Origin: Massalongia carnosa
Lineage: Eukaryota
Length of the DNA: 64,000 bases
NCBI GenBank assembly: GCA_965645245.1
Contig: OZ287075.1
Coordinates: forward strand, 1,426,001 to 1,490,000
Direction of reading: 5' to 3'
The position numbers were made by a program, and so were the translations under genes. Each line of letters begins with the position of its first letter. Position 1 is the stretch's first letter. This document shows, piece by piece, positions 13,211-26,122 of the stretch. The notes under the pieces are model-generated. The model ran no database searches and had not been told where the DNA came from. It saw nothing but the letters and a program-made list of their open reading frames with translations.

Positions 13211-14829
13211 AAACATCCTTCTTCCATTACGTCCGTTGCAGGAGCGGTGCGGGTGATTAGTCCTTGGTCGTCGAAGGGGGGAGGTGTGTCGGGGGTCGGC
13301 GGGGAGGGTTGCAGCGGGTGGGCGGCGGGATTGGTGCGGGTGGGGGCGGGTGTTGCAGCCATCGTCGTTGACGTGTTGGGTGGTCTGCCTAGAATGGGCT
13401 TTGCCATTGCTCTTTGCATGTTCATGGGCTTCATGATCTCTGTGTCCTTCCACGACGTTCCTGTTGGGCGGCTTGGGCCTGCCGGCGATACTTCATGAGA
13501 GCCGGCTGGGGCGGTTTTTCTTTTCTTGCTGCTGGCAACTTTCGGGATACCATTGACGGGGCTTTCCGTTGCCTCTCCTAGTGCTGCATTGCTTTCTTTG
13601 TCAGTTGGGGCCTGGGACGAAAAGATGAATGATCGTGCTACGATCGGGTCGCCCGTAGCGAAGAGCTGCGACGAGCTTTTCCTAGCCTTCTCTATCTTGC
13701 TCATTTCTTGTATCCTGAGTTTGCATGTGGGGGCCCACGCTACGTGGCCTCTCTCGTCGCAGCATGCGCATCTCTTCTGTCTACCGGTTGTTTCCGGGTT
13801 GCATTCGTTGGTCGGATGCCCGCCGGCGCAGTGGCCGCACGCCGTAGGATTGCGGCAACGTTTTCCTATATGTCCGTATTTGTAGCAGTTAAAGCACTGC
13901 GTCAGCTTGCAGCTCTTCGCAAATTTTTCGCAGTTCTTTATCTCGTGGTCGACCAGGAAGCCTTCGTTAATGAGGCGGTTGGCCATAGCAGGGGTCTCTA
14001 CTTCTATGTGCAGCGATGAGTATGCCTTCTTTTCTTTGATAGCCCTGAACGACCAGGCGATCCTCGTGATTTTTAGGCCTGGGTGTAATCGTGCATTAGC
14101 TGTCTGCAGGTACTGTATGATTTGATTCTGATTGGTGGCATCGATATGTTCCACCTTGACTCCGCTAGCTCGTACTGCAAAGGTGCGGCGCTGGACCGTG
14201 GCTGACGCTGCGACCGCGGTGATCCACTTGGTGTTCTCGTGTAGGGTCTTCTTGATCTCTGCTGATTCTGCGTGGATCCGTATGTCCCCGCTTGTGAGTC
14301 GAGATATTCCCACTATTCCTCCGACATTTTTCTGCAGCGATTCCACCAGCTCCTGGGTGGGCAGCTGTCTTACTCTTTCTCGATCGGCCTCATTGGTGAA
14401 CCGTAGTGTGACCTCCCGGGCTCTTTTGGCCTCGCTAGGGGATAGTTCTTTGGTTTTTTGAGGTCTTGGGTGTCTTAGATTGTACGTTGGGTTGGGCCCG
14501 ACTTGGGCTCGGGATGTCGATGGGGTTGCCGCGGTGGCGTAGCTTGTGGTGGGCTCGTTGTTCTTTCTAACGCCTTCCATGCGATTGAGCGCGTTCTTTA
14601 TGTCCCGTAGGGATTCCGCCACCATGCTGGTGTCTTCATTTTCCGAGTTAATATGGATCTGCGTCTGCAACGTGGCTTTTACCTCATTTAACAAAGAGTG
14701 CGCCACTGGGTCTCCTGAGCTGTTGCCAAGCTTTAAATACTCATCTATCTTTGCTCCCAAGAGCTTTATCGTCTTCTCCTGCTCCTTCTTGCGTCTCTCG
14801 CGGTCTTGTGTAGATTTGTTGATCATCAT
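13207..14829 (-). CDS. LINE ORF1 (gag-like nucleic-acid-binding protein)
   Basis: Three zinc knuckles: CFNCYKYGHIGKRC, CGHCAGGHPTNEC, CACCDERGHVAWAPTC; N-terminal coiled-coil-like segment. Confidence 0.92.
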   Translation of the reverse strand: MMINKSTQDRERRKKEQEKTIKLLGAKIDEYLKLGNSSGDPVAHSLLNEVKATLQTQIHINSENEDTSMVAESLRDIKNALNRMEGVRKNNEPTTSYATAATPSTSRAQVGPNPTYNLRHPRPQKTKELSPSEAKRAREVTLRFTNEADRERVRQLPTQELVESLQKNVGGIVGISRLTSGDIRIHAESAEIKKTLHENTKWITAVAASATVQRRTFAVRASGVKVEHIDATNQNQIIQYLQTANARLHPGLKITRIAWSFRAIKEKKAYSSLHIEVETPAMANRLINEGFLVDHEIKNCEKFAKSCKLTQCFNCYKYGHIGKRCRNPTACGHCAGGHPTNECNPETTGRQKRCACCDERGHVAWAPTCKLRIQEMSKIEKARKSSSQLFATGDPIVARSFIFSSQAPTDKESNAALGEATESPVNGIPKVASSKKRKTAPAGSHEVSPAGPSRPTGTSWKDTEIMKPMNMQRAMAKPILGRPPNTSTTMAATPAPTRTNPAAHPLQPSPPTPDTPPPFDDQGLITRTAPATDVMEEGCL

Positions 14830-14967
14830 TTGTACAAGCTCGGCTGACCGTCTGGTTTGATACCTATCCGTGGTTTTGACTTTACAACCTTTTACAAATT
14901 GTATCGATCGTGATTCGAAGGTTTTGGTTTTGAGTAAGATGAGAAATCAGTATTAGATGGATGGATC

Positions 14968-14979
14968 GCCTCTCTCTTT
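14968..14979. repeat. LINE target-site duplication, right copy (GCCTCTCTCTTT)
   Basis: Identical to 9639-9650; lies about 140 bp upstream of ORF1. Confidence 0.9.
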
Positions 14980-16664
14980 AGTATTAGCTTGGAAATATAT
15001 TAAACATGCGAATTTTGTCATCGTGAAAAATCGAAAAAGCTCGCAGACAACGTCGAGGTGGCGTCTTGTTCCTAAAAGAGTTGATCAGTCATTGCTAGTG
15101 CTGACAAGAGCTCACAATGATTTGGGCTATCAACGCAACTAGAAACTACCCAGGCGCTCGTCCTTAAAGAAATCAGGGATTATTGCATGGCAACAACGGC
15201 AAAGTGTCATGCAGCTAAATCGACCGTATCACAAAATCCAACCAGCGTTGATTGATTCCATGCTCTTAAAGAGGTCCAGAACCCACATGCTGCGCTGTGA
15301 GCCTAATTCCTGCCTTAGCTAGCTCGCATCAATACTGGAGCATTTATAAACCAGGGCTTTATCCAATACCAAGATACGGTATAACAGCGTGCGCTTTGGA
15401 ACAAGCAAACCCCAAAGATACGAGTTCCACTAAGCGAATCGAATCCACGCGGAAGGTTTAGCTTTAACAGGTCGAGTTTCTGCTAAGGGCTGCTTAAGCC
15501 TGAGCAACTCCAGAAATGGAAGCGAGCAGTATATAAACATCATTACCCCTTTGTTTTCCCAGACCACAACAGAATCTTAACTTTATTTCCTACGAACGTT
15601 TTTTTTAGCCTTTTCGACAATTCTTAAAAGAAATTTATGTATAAAATGAAGCTTACCGTTCCTGCCTTTCGTTGAGGCCATCTTAGGAACCGTCTCTCTC
15701 CCGAATGACTATAAAGCGTGCGAATATGTTATTCCACTACAGTATTTTATGGCTGATGGACATACAGAAACCTCAATTTACTAGCCAAGTGATGCTCATC
15801 AGGCGGGGGTAATGGAAATCTCCGGGTCTATCCTATATCTGCAGTTTTCTTCACCTCACTGAGATGCACGATGTTGTTTTGGGGCCCTGCAAACGATCTC
15901 TAGACTGTTGCGAATCCAACGTGCTCTGCGTTGTTTATTTTTGCAATGTTGAAAAAAATGCGAGAATTCTCTCATAAATAGTGATTACGAAGAGGAGTAA
16001 TCGTTCAAAGCATGGTTTGGGATAGTAAGAAGTCCTTGTTGTCCGAAGAAAGTACTGGAGAACTTGCTGATTTGCGGTACTCTAGGAACTTGTAGTTTAA
16101 GGGATACTCGAGATCTCCAATAAATGAAGGATATATTTTGATAGATGCCTTTGGTTACGAGGATAAAATCTAAGAGATTTAACCTCTTTGTCATTCTTTG
16201 TAGACAACGGAAAAACAACTTACACCTCCAGTTTGTTCAATCAAAATACCGAAAGCATGGAACCTCGCTTGACTTCTTCTGGCCAGAGTATTGTTCTAAA
16301 ATCTAGAAGAGTTTTCAAATGTAGTAGGGACCAATGAGTGGGTCAGGCGGTCCAGAGTGGACCTTTGAAGTTGGGGTAGTAACTAAGAACTTGAGTTAAA
16401 CGTTGAGGCTACCAGCTGGATACACTATCTTATTTGGCGGTAAATTTCTGCCTCAAACCGAACAAAAGTCTGTCAATCAAAAAGCCGAGCAATCGGATGA
16501 CAATAAAACGCGAACCCTATAACAGGACTCCATACATAGACATTTTTCACTTTTATAGACTTAAGAACTCTCAAAAAGTTCTCACAGCTTTTACATATTT
16601 TCGGGCTTATTTCGTTGAAATTTTTAGAAGCTCAAATTTTGTTTTCGTTGCCCTGCAATATTCG

Positions 16665-17125
16665 TAAAAAGTAGTAATTCGGCTAAGGCGAAAAAGGTAA
16701 TGCCGGGACCGAGTGGAGGCAACAGCCGACGAAGGCTGAAGGCCGTGGATAGCCGAAGGACCGAGTGGAGGCAGGCCGCGAACAGCCAACGAAGGCCGAA
16801 GGACAAAGGAGGATGATGTCCAAAATAGTTGGACAAGCAAGGGAGAGAAAGGGCATAAATAGGTGGCCTTTTGGCACTCTTCTCCTCATCATCACCATTG
16901 ATTCGGAGCTCAGCACCAAAAGGTCTTTTGCCCACCCACCCACTCCCTGAATCAGCCGCATAGATAGACGGAGTTTTTCCCCTCACTGCTGCCAAAACAA
17001 AGCCGTTATAGGAGGGGCCCTCAGCAAAACTGAGCGCCAGCAGGGCAGCAGCGAGGGGAGAGTTGCCCAAACATAGATAGAAATTATGTATATGTTTAGC
17101 TGACACGATGGAGCCCGCGAATTAC
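16665..17125. repeat. Dispersed repeat copy A (homologous to about 31180-31505), with an internal imperfect duplication at about 16706-16803
   Basis: Shared blocks AGGCCGTGGATAGCCGA, GGCCTTTTG.CACT.TTCTCC.CATCATC.CCATTGATTC, TCAGCACCAAAAGGTCTTTT and CAGCCGCATAG, in the same order and orientation. Boundaries approximate. Confidence 0.85.
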
Positions 17126-17179
17126 TGAACATTTGGGGATTCGCGTTTTTTGTTACCCGCTTGCACGCCACGTGGTGCA

Positions 17180-17398
17180 AAAAAAAGTTGACACCGAAAT
17201 AAAATTCCCCACTAAATTTTCAATACAGGACTTACTTCTGTGATTTGTTTTAAAGGTACAAAATGAAAAGTTATTGCTTAGATTCATGATTTTAAAATTA
17301 GTTGTTTGACTTTAACGATCGCACAGAATGAATAATTTTGTAATTGTGTTTTGAGGAGTAAGTTAAATAAATTTCTGATTTTGGTGTCAACTTTTTTT
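17180..17398. mobile_element. MITE-like remnant (about 220 bp, AT-rich core)
   Basis: 21-bp inverted repeat AAAAAAAGTTGACACCGAAAT (17180-17200) / ATTTTGGTGTCAACTTTTTTT (17378-17398), one mismatch; no clear TSD. Confidence 0.6.
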
Positions 17399-17633
17399 CG
17401 CGTGCCCGCCCGTGCCGCCTAAGGAAGCTTTCGCGGGTAGAGTAAGCTTCGTTCGGCCCGAAGTAAAAAAAAAAGGGTTAAATCAACGTAACTAGCCCGA
17501 CATTAGCCGTCACCCTCACTTGTCAAGGCCGCTTATGGCCGCCGGTTCGCGTTAAATTCACTACTCTTCTATTTGGGTGCTTTAAAAATCTGCCAATTTA
17601 TCATCTATATAATCTTTAGACCGGGCTGGGAAA

Positions 17634-19215
17634 ATGTCTTCTCCAGCGGTATCTCGAGCCTTGACTAATGCCCTCCGCCAAGTTGGTCGTTCTCGGCATA
17701 GACACTCCCCCTTAGCCTTCAAGCGTGCTGCCTCAACCAAGCATCCAAAAGGATTCGTGCCTCCAACAGCAGAAGACTTGACGGAACTGAGAGAGAGAGT
17801 GCAAGATTTTACAAGTGAGTTAGTTTAAGAACTGTGAAGGATTCCATGCTGACAGTTTTCATTAGGACGAGAAATTCCAGAAGAAATTGCGTCGAAGACA
17901 GATCATGATAATCAATTTCCGATGCAGATGTGGAAGAAGCTTGGAGATGCTGGGTACTGTAACACAAAACTATCATAAAAGGTAATGGGCTGATGAGTAA
18001 CAAGCTTCCTGGGCATCACAGCAGATGAGGATTACGGAGGATTAGCGATGGGATATCAAGCTCATTGCATTGTCATGGAGGAAATTAGTCGAGCCTCAGG
18101 TTTGCAGAAGATATTGCTGCGACAGTCTACGATGCTTACGATTTCAGGCAGTATTGGGCTATCATACGCTGCCCACTCACAACTCTGCATAAACCAACTA
18201 TCCTTGAACGGGACTTCTGAGCAGAAGGAACGATTTTTACCTGGGTTGATATCAGGCGAGAAGATCGGAGCTTTGGCCATGTCAGAGCACTCCGCTGGCT
18301 CGGATGTTGTTAGTATGAAGACGACAGCTAAATCTGTGGATAATGGTTGGGTTCTCAATGGCACTAAGATGTGGATCACCAACGTAGGTATCGAATGTAG
18401 ACTTATCTCTGCGATGATTCTAATCAGGTCAACACAGGGTCCTGACGCCGATCATGTTGTTGTGTATGCAAAGACAGAACCTGAAAAAGGTTCTAAGGGT
18501 ATCACTGCTTTCATCATCGACAAGACCTCTCCTGGTTTCTCCTGCGCCCGTAAACTTGACAAACTCGGAATGCGTGGCTCCAATACCGGCGAGTTAGTAT
18601 TCGACAGCCTCTTCGTCCCGAATGAAAATATGCTTGGAACCCTTAATCAAGGAGTCAGAGTTCTCATGAAAGGTCTTGATATCGAGAGGCTCGTTCTCAG
18701 TGCTGGTCCTATAGGGCAAGTCTCCAGTTTATTGTTGATCTCGTTATTTCATCAATCAATCGCTCAATGGGTAATGCTCCTACTAACGCTCTCTTTATGT
18801 GCTCAGAATAATGCAGTCCGCCCTCGACCTTGTTCTTTCGTACACTCATGCTCGTCACCAGTTTTCCAAGCCTGTTGCTCACAACCAGCTCGTGCAAGGC
18901 AAACTCGCAGACATGTATACCAAGCTTTCAGCATCTCGCGCTTACACCGCCCTTACAGCCTTACGCATCGACTCCTCCCCCTCGAGTCTAATCGAGACCA
19001 AAGATTGTGCAGGTTGTATCTTATATGCGGCGGAGCGGGCGACCGAGTGCGCGCTTGATGCGGTACAGCTGATGGGCGGAATGGGTTACATGAACGAGGT
19101 GCCGGCGGGGAGGCTATTGAGAGATGCAAAGCTATATGAGATTGGTGCAGGGACAAGTGAAATTCGAAGAATGGTCATTGGGAGAGCATTCAACAAGGAA
19201 TTTGCAGAGAGGTAG
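17634..19215 (+). CDS. ivdA: Mitochondrial isovaleryl-CoA dehydrogenase (multi-exon)
   Basis: Arg/Ser-rich targeting peptide; [42 protein letters not shown] and [16 protein letters not shown] motifs. Confidence 0.93.
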
Positions 19216-19571
19216 CAGACTGTGGGTTGGAGTTTGAGGAAGATGATTAATTATCAATCCAAGTCCTTACAACTTATTGGTTTATATCATATACAGATAT
19301 TGAATGATTATCTAAACCACTAAACCGGAGCTTAACCTGTTCCTATTCCTTTAACTTGTTCCTGGTTCCCTCATTGGCTTTGCTGTATGTGCTTTTGTCA
19401 CATGATCCGGAGCTGCGGCTAGCGACGGCATTCCTCCTTCCGCGATTTCTTTAAAGAAGCGTTCACATCCGTTAATAACCATTGCCTCCAAATCAGTTCT
19501 GAAAAGGGAATTCTAGCTTAATACAAAATAATACAAAGCAAAGGCTACTCTTATGAAGCCCAGCATTGACC

Positions 19572-22023
19572 ATGTTAGGGCTAGTAGTCGCCCGCCCTAG
19601 TCTACGTGGTTTTGCCTATCATCATGCTGTCGCCCTTGGAGCGCAACGAAGGCACTCCTCTCCCACCAAAACACCTACTTCGAAAAAACTCTTGACATCA
19701 ATCCTGATCGCTAATCGTGGTGAGATTGCTTTGTTTGTCTAATCCTACGCTCCGCACTTATGTTTGCGCTCATACTATGTAGACGAGTCGGAAAAACCGC
19801 TTCTCGATTTGGTATCAAGACGACGACGATATATACAGATCCAGATGCGAAATCACAGCATGCTTTAAGCTCGCCATTTTCTGTTAACCTTGGAGATTCA
19901 TCTGCATACCTTGATGGGGAAAAAATCATCGAAGCAGCTAAACAAAGGGGCTGTGTCGGCATTCATCCTGGGTATGGGTTCGTAAGTTCACCAGACCAAA
20001 GTCAATGGTCATTAATGCTGAGATTGGCACAGCTAAGTGAAAACTCTGCCTTTGCGCGAAGATGCACGGACTCGGGACTTGTGTTTATTGGACCACCTTG
20101 GCAAGCAATGGAGGCAATGGGGAACAAAAGGTACAACCCGGAAAAGTCTTCTAATTGATGTCGCTGAGAGAGGATCAGTCGATCCAAAAATATTATGGCA
20201 GAAGCTGGTGTTCCCTGTATACCTGGCTATCATGGTAGCAATCAAGATGCAAGTTTTCTCATGGAAGAGGCTTCGAAAATTGGGTTTCCTGTGCTTCTCA
20301 AGGCTGTGAAGGGTGGTGGGGGTAAAGGAATGCGAACCGCGATTTCACCGGAGGTCTTTCATGATCAATTGAGATCGGCCATGTCTGAAGCGAGGAGCTC
20401 ATTTGGCGATGATACTATGCTGGTTGAAAAGTATATCACTACCCCACGTCATATCGAAGTGCAGATATTCGCGGATCAGCATGGAAACTGTGTGGCATTG
20501 GGAGAGCGCGATTGTAGCATTCAGAGACGACACCAGAAGATCCTAGAAGAATCGCCCGCGCCGCATCTAGACGAAGATGTTCGACAAGAACTCTGGGAGA
20601 AAGCACGCGCTGCAGCATTAGCCGTCGGGTATGAGGGTGCAGGCACCGTGGAGTTTATTTTGGATAACGAGACGGGCGAGTTTTTCTTCATGGAAATGAA
20701 CACAAGGCTACAAGTCGAGCACCCCGTTACAGAAATGGTCACGGGAGAGGATCTTGTTCATTGGCAAATCATTGTGGCGGAAGGAGGGAAACTCCCCCTT
20801 TCTCAGGAGGAGATACGCGAGAGAATAGGGGAGAAAGGCCATGCCATTGAGGCTAGAATTTATGCGGAAAATCCCAATATGTTTGTGTTATATGTTCCTA
20901 AGGGTTTCTACAGGCTAAAGGTTATAGGAACTTCATCCCTGACTCTGGAAAATTGACTCATCTACAGATCCCCGACCTTAGCAACACCGTTCGCGTTGAC
21001 GCTGGCTTCGTAGCGGGGGACGAAGTATCATCACACTATGATCCGATGATTGCGAAGCTCATTGTTCAAGGCCCCACGCGTGAAGTTGCCATACAGAAAC
21101 TGCTTGCATCGTTAAGCCAATACGAAATCGCAGGACCGATTACCAATGTGGAATTTCTCAAGAAAGTTTGTTTGAATCCAGCCTTCATCGCAGGCGATGT
21201 GGAGACCGGCTTCATCACCAAATGGAAAGAAAGCCTGTTTGAGATAGTTGATATCGCGCCTGAAGTTTACGCACAGGCAGCGCTAGGTACATTATCGTTG
21301 GAGACGTCGGCGTTGCAGGATGGAAAACATGCTACATTTAGAAGCCAATCGGGATTTGGATCTAGTTTCCAAAGTCGACTTTACCATTTTATCCCTGTTA
21401 GAGGAGATGGCTCAAGCGACATGGCGGAGGTAGCTGTAGAGGTGAAGCAAGTAGGCACAGGCCTTTTCGAAATCTCCGTCAATGGAACTGTGTATCCTTC
21501 TGTTGCCACTCAGTACAATAGCGCAAATCGAACCGTCACTTCATACTTCCCTCACACTAGGCTCGAAACGAGACTGATTAGCGACGCTAGCAATCTCACG
21601 CTCTTCCAGCAAGGTCAGCAATATCGCCTACGCGCCGCGACTCCGAAATGGGTCGAGAAAGCCCTGGGCATCAAAGACAACCCGCACAGCGTCTTTGCGC
21701 CCATGCCGTGCAAAATCTTGAAGGTGGAGGTATTAGAAGGCGATAGCGTGAAGAAAGATCAAGTCCTGGTCGTGATTGAAAGCATGAAGATGGAAACGGT
21801 GATCAGAAGCCCACAGGACGGGGTCGTGTCTCGCGTCGTGCATAGGCAGGGGGTAAGTACCTTTCTCTCCTTTTTCGTCCCGAAAACTCCTTCGACAAAC
21901 GAGAACTCTTGAAAATGACTGACTGACTGTACTGGAACTATCTAGGATCTCTGCAAGGCGGGAACCGCGTTGGTGGAATTTAAAGAGTTAAAACAAACGC
22001 TGGATTTGGAAAGCGCGGTTTAG
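19572..22023 (+). CDS. mccA: 3-methylcrotonyl-CoA carboxylase biotin-containing alpha subunit (multi-exon)
   Basis: [51 protein letters not shown] and biotinyl motif ESMKME; adjacent to isovaleryl-CoA dehydrogenase. Confidence 0.92.
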
Positions 22024-22622
22024 GGAAGAAGGAGCGAATCAGCGGGTTTTGGTAGTAGTTAACTCCGTACTCTGTGCTTGTACTCTGTGCATACGCAGTA
22101 AATCTCAAACACGGGGATAAAATACAGATTTAGGCCCTGCAGCGCTAACACCCGGACCCAATCATTCCCCCATCGCACCGACCACGTGAAGCTTTGGGCG
22201 CGGTCGTTTCTCTCATCTTACATATCAAGTCCCTTTGCATCATCGAAACCCAAAACAAGCTCCACCTGACTGTTTCGCTTCATCCCCATTGTGGTCACAT
22301 ATATGTGCTGCAATCCCCGGACGAATAGGTATATAAACAAGACATCTCTCCCAAAAATTTTCCAGTGTGGTAAAAATTTCATACGCATTTTGTTGGGTTA
22401 GCTAGTTAGGTACTCATATCACACGTCTATGCGCTGGTAGCATTCCCGGTCCTGAACATCGCTTAATCTCCAACCACCACATCTGCTCCCTTGCGCATCC
22501 ATTTCACACCTCAATCGCCTCTCCAACCTTGCGCGTGCACACCATCATCTCCACCTAATTTTCATCCCTCCAGCACTCACTACAGAACTTCTCATCGACT
22601 CGAACCCGAAAATAATAATAAA

Positions 22623-23215
22623 ATGGGGCTCTTCGAACCCTCCTCATCGCTTCCCATCTTCATCGGCCACACGGTCGCGCGCTTCCTCCAGTTCGTCTTC
22701 GCGATCGCCGTGCTGGGCCTCTACGGCACTGACCTCCACCACGTCCACCAGGCGGGCTTGAAGGCCGATTCGAGATGGGTATACGCGGAGGTGGTAGGTG
22801 TCTTTAGCGCCGTCACGAGTCTGGTGTACTTGGTGCCCAAAATCAAGAGTTATTGGGGCTTTGGATGGGATGCGGTGCTTTTGTGAGTTTTGCTCGGCAT
22901 TGGCATTTTCTTTGTTTTTATTTTTGAAGATGCAGTCTGCGGGGTTTGGAGGGGTATGGCAAAAGCAACAAACTGGCTAACGGTTATCTTTTCATGTCTG
23001 GTAGTATACTCTGGACGGTCGTCTTTGGTATTTTTGGTAAGCTGTTTATCCACAAGGATTCGCATGGCGATGGCAACTTTCAGAGGAACAAGAATGCAGT
23101 ATGGGTTGATTTGATCAACATGTTGCTATGGTTCGTGACGGCTATTATTGGGGGAATTATGTTTTTCAGGAACAGGGGCAGGAAGTCACTACATACGGGA
23201 AGGGCAACTGTTTAG
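22623..23215 (+). CDS. MARVEL-like four-TM membrane protein (2 exons)
   Basis: RFLQFVFAIAVLGLYG, WVYAEVVG and AVWVDLINMLLW; four hydrophobic segments; intron from GTGAGT at about 22883 to about 23004. Confidence 0.8.
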
Positions 23216-26122
23216 GCTATTGAGCCTAAAGGGGGAATGAGGGAAGAGAGCTATGGTCGGCTTGTAGAAGGGTGAATACCCCTCGTAATATGCCTCCTGG
23301 CAAGCCGTTGGCGCTTCCATCGGAATGCAGCAAAATTTCTTGCCGGCATTTCTTTTTTCGGTTTTTTTTGGATTACTGCACAATAGCATTATGTTTTCCG
23401 ACATCGGGGTTTATGGACGCTATACCTGAGGATCCGATCAACTCTGAGCGATCTGGCGCCTTGATGTTCTGTCTGTTCCCATTCAACTTATTTGATCATT
23501 AATGAACCTCTAACTCTCCCAACCAGTAGCGAGAGCTTCTTCTCGTTCTTCTGTGTTTTATTTCTCTTGTATATCGGTTCACTTCTCGTCCGGCGGTGTT
23601 TGCGGCCAATAAATAAAATGTGGTAAACTTTTCGAAAACATATTTGGGCATACCAGCAGGAAAATCTCTTCTTTCTTGAAATAACTACAAACACGAATGT
23701 TTCGCCGGTTCTAGCTCCTGTCGACGGTCGTAAGCTTTGTGCAGAAATCATAAAAAATATGCCTAAAGCCCGAGTCTGAAAATCCGGAATGTCACTGCAT
23801 TATTTCGCTACTACCAGGGGCTCTTCTTACCCAAAACTGGTCGAAATGGGCAAAGGCAGCACCGCGAAGAAACAAAATTAACGAGTGGCGCAATCTCCCT
23901 AGTATTATGGGTTGATTATCGGTCTTAATGATTGCTTCCTTGCTACGTAACTAGCTGTTTTGAGAAGTCAGAAAGCTGGCCCGCCGAGAGCGTTCGTCAA
24001 GCTGAGTCACTTACGCATGCATGGATAGTCGCTGTCGCGATAGATGATCAAGCCCAATCGCTCACTAGTTACCAGCTCCTAGATCCAGTGATCATGTGCC
24101 AAAAGCTTCTGGCTCTTAGGCTAGAAATAGAGTGGTACGGAACCCCTACATCTCAACTACTCTACAGATTTCAGGATACCAGCTGAGATGTGTACTAGAA
24201 AATTTAAGCAGTCATTTTTTTCCTCAAAAATCAGAAAATGTTTCCTCTCCAGTTCTCTCGTCAACCCGTCCTTGGTTTAATCCTCCTTTCCTCGATGTCG
24301 CTATCGTCCTTTCCTCATCTGTTCCTATCCTCCCCTGACGGGGCGCAGGCAAGCACAGCGAAAGCTAAATGCAACAGCAACAGCAAAAGCAATTCCAAAT
24401 CTTTACAGTCGTTAGTTAACTAACATCTTCCATTTTTGCTCTCTCTCCCTCGCGTGTCATTATTTCCACCCAACCGACCAATAAACAATTCGGGGACGAG
24501 GCTGAAAAAGCGCCTTTTCCCTCTTCCATACTATTAGTCTATTCTCCGTTCCTTGTGGAAGTTCTTTTGCCTCATCGTCTTCCCCCTTCCCCGGAGGCTT
24601 GCCTGATAACCATGGGGGAACAAAAGCGAACAACCCAAAATAATCAAAAATCTCACACTTTCGTGAATTCGGAATGAAAATTGGAAGGCTTCAATCAACT
24701 CGACGCGCGGAAGTCTTTCTATACCTATGCAAAAGACTGTGTGTGGGCGTATGGGATTGCATCCGGGGAAGGTTTTTCTTAGAGGGTTGGTACGAATACC
24801 TAGGTACGTATGTATGTATGTACATATGTATCGATACATAGGCTGCTTACATATCATCATGCTCACGCGAGAATTGTCGACAACAAATTCGCCCAGGGGT
24901 TTCTTTTTTTCTTCTGGTTTTGAATGTGATACCTACCTCCACTACTAGGCTAAACTTCACGTCACTTCACTACTAGCCTCCGATCTGGTAAAACTTTCCC
25001 GGGGATTACATACATACACACACGACTTCCCATACAAACTTTTTCTACGCCAGACAAACAGACAGACAAATCGAAAAATAAAAACCACTGACCAACTGTC
25101 AACCAACCGTCAACGCCTGATCCAATAGAAACCAGGTTTTCATAAAAGGGCCCGAACCCAAATAGCGGCGGATACGCTCAAATCGCGGTACATATAATAC
25201 ATAGGCATCTCCTCAAGCCCTCCTGACAAATCAGCTAGAGTAGGTAATCCCCCCCCCCTCCTCCGTTTGGCTCGACTTATCAGCAAACGAGACAGAAACA
25301 AAGAATCAGGTGAAATACCTAAAAGTAGTTATGCAGGATAGATATCAGTCAATCACCTAGTACGAATAGTATGGAGTACCTACCTGCCCCATCCTCCAAG
25401 TGACCTCGCCAAAGCCACGCAGTCAAGAAAAAAAAACAGTAAGAGAAATATTGAACAACCAAAACATGTAATTCAGCATATCTCATCCGCAACGGAACAT
25501 TGCCGAATCTCGCGCTAGTTATAACATAATCATCCATCTCATTACCATCACCAATCTTTCCAAGGGGGGACACCGCTTATCTATTGGTTGTGGCAACCTC
25601 TTTTATGCTCCATGCGCCTCATTTTAGGTGTGTGGGTGTGTGGATATGGGATGGGGGAAACCCCAATAATCCCTCCCATGCACTCGTCATCGATCAATCA
25701 TCCCCTTATTTCATAAATGATTCGAGCGTTTGGGGATTATCTGCCTACTTCTGACGATGCAGAAGTAAAATTTCGAGGATGGTGGCCATTGAATAAAATC
25801 ACGGTACAGAGGCTTCATGTGTTCCGCCATGATGAGCTATAGACTTTTATGCCACACGTTTGGCGTCCGCTAGCCAGAAATGCCGTACACGGACTTTTCA
25901 ATATAAACCAGACGATGTTTCCCTCCCTCGAGGGGATTTTCGAGCATCAATCGTTCTCTGGCGGGATCTGCTTGGCTCGCTCGTCGCTTCGCTATCAGGG
26001 GTGCTGTAATCCATATCCCCGGTCCATTGCTTTCTAACTTCAGGCCTCCAATCGGGCATTTTCTCGCCCAAAGACCTTTCGATATCCACCTTCCTATCAA
26101 GAAACTCCTGAAGCCAACAACA

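Larger units (their letters stand above)
9651..14967 (-). mobile_element. Full-length non-LTR retrotransposon (LINE, Tad1-like clade), 5317 bp
   Basis: Two intact ORFs (gag-like and APE-RT); 3' tail of short AATC repeats (plus strand GATTGATTGATT from 9651); flanked by identical 12-bp GCCTCTCTCTTT at 9639-9650 and 14968-14979. Confidence 0.95.

Noticed and set aside
13211..13453. N-terminal 81-aa extension of LINE ORF2 given by the ORF track
   Set aside because: It overlaps the ORF1 C-terminus and has no domain content; the APE domain starts right after the ATG at 13210.
15646..15940. MKLTVPAF... start after a TATA box, with a later CC-containing peptide (relic secreted protein?)
   Set aside because: Stop after nine codons and too fragmentary to support.
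16860..16930. C/D box snoRNA (TGATGA and CTGA on the minus strand)
   Set aside because: Boxes are in the wrong order for terminal C and D boxes, and the sequence is part of a diverged dispersed repeat.
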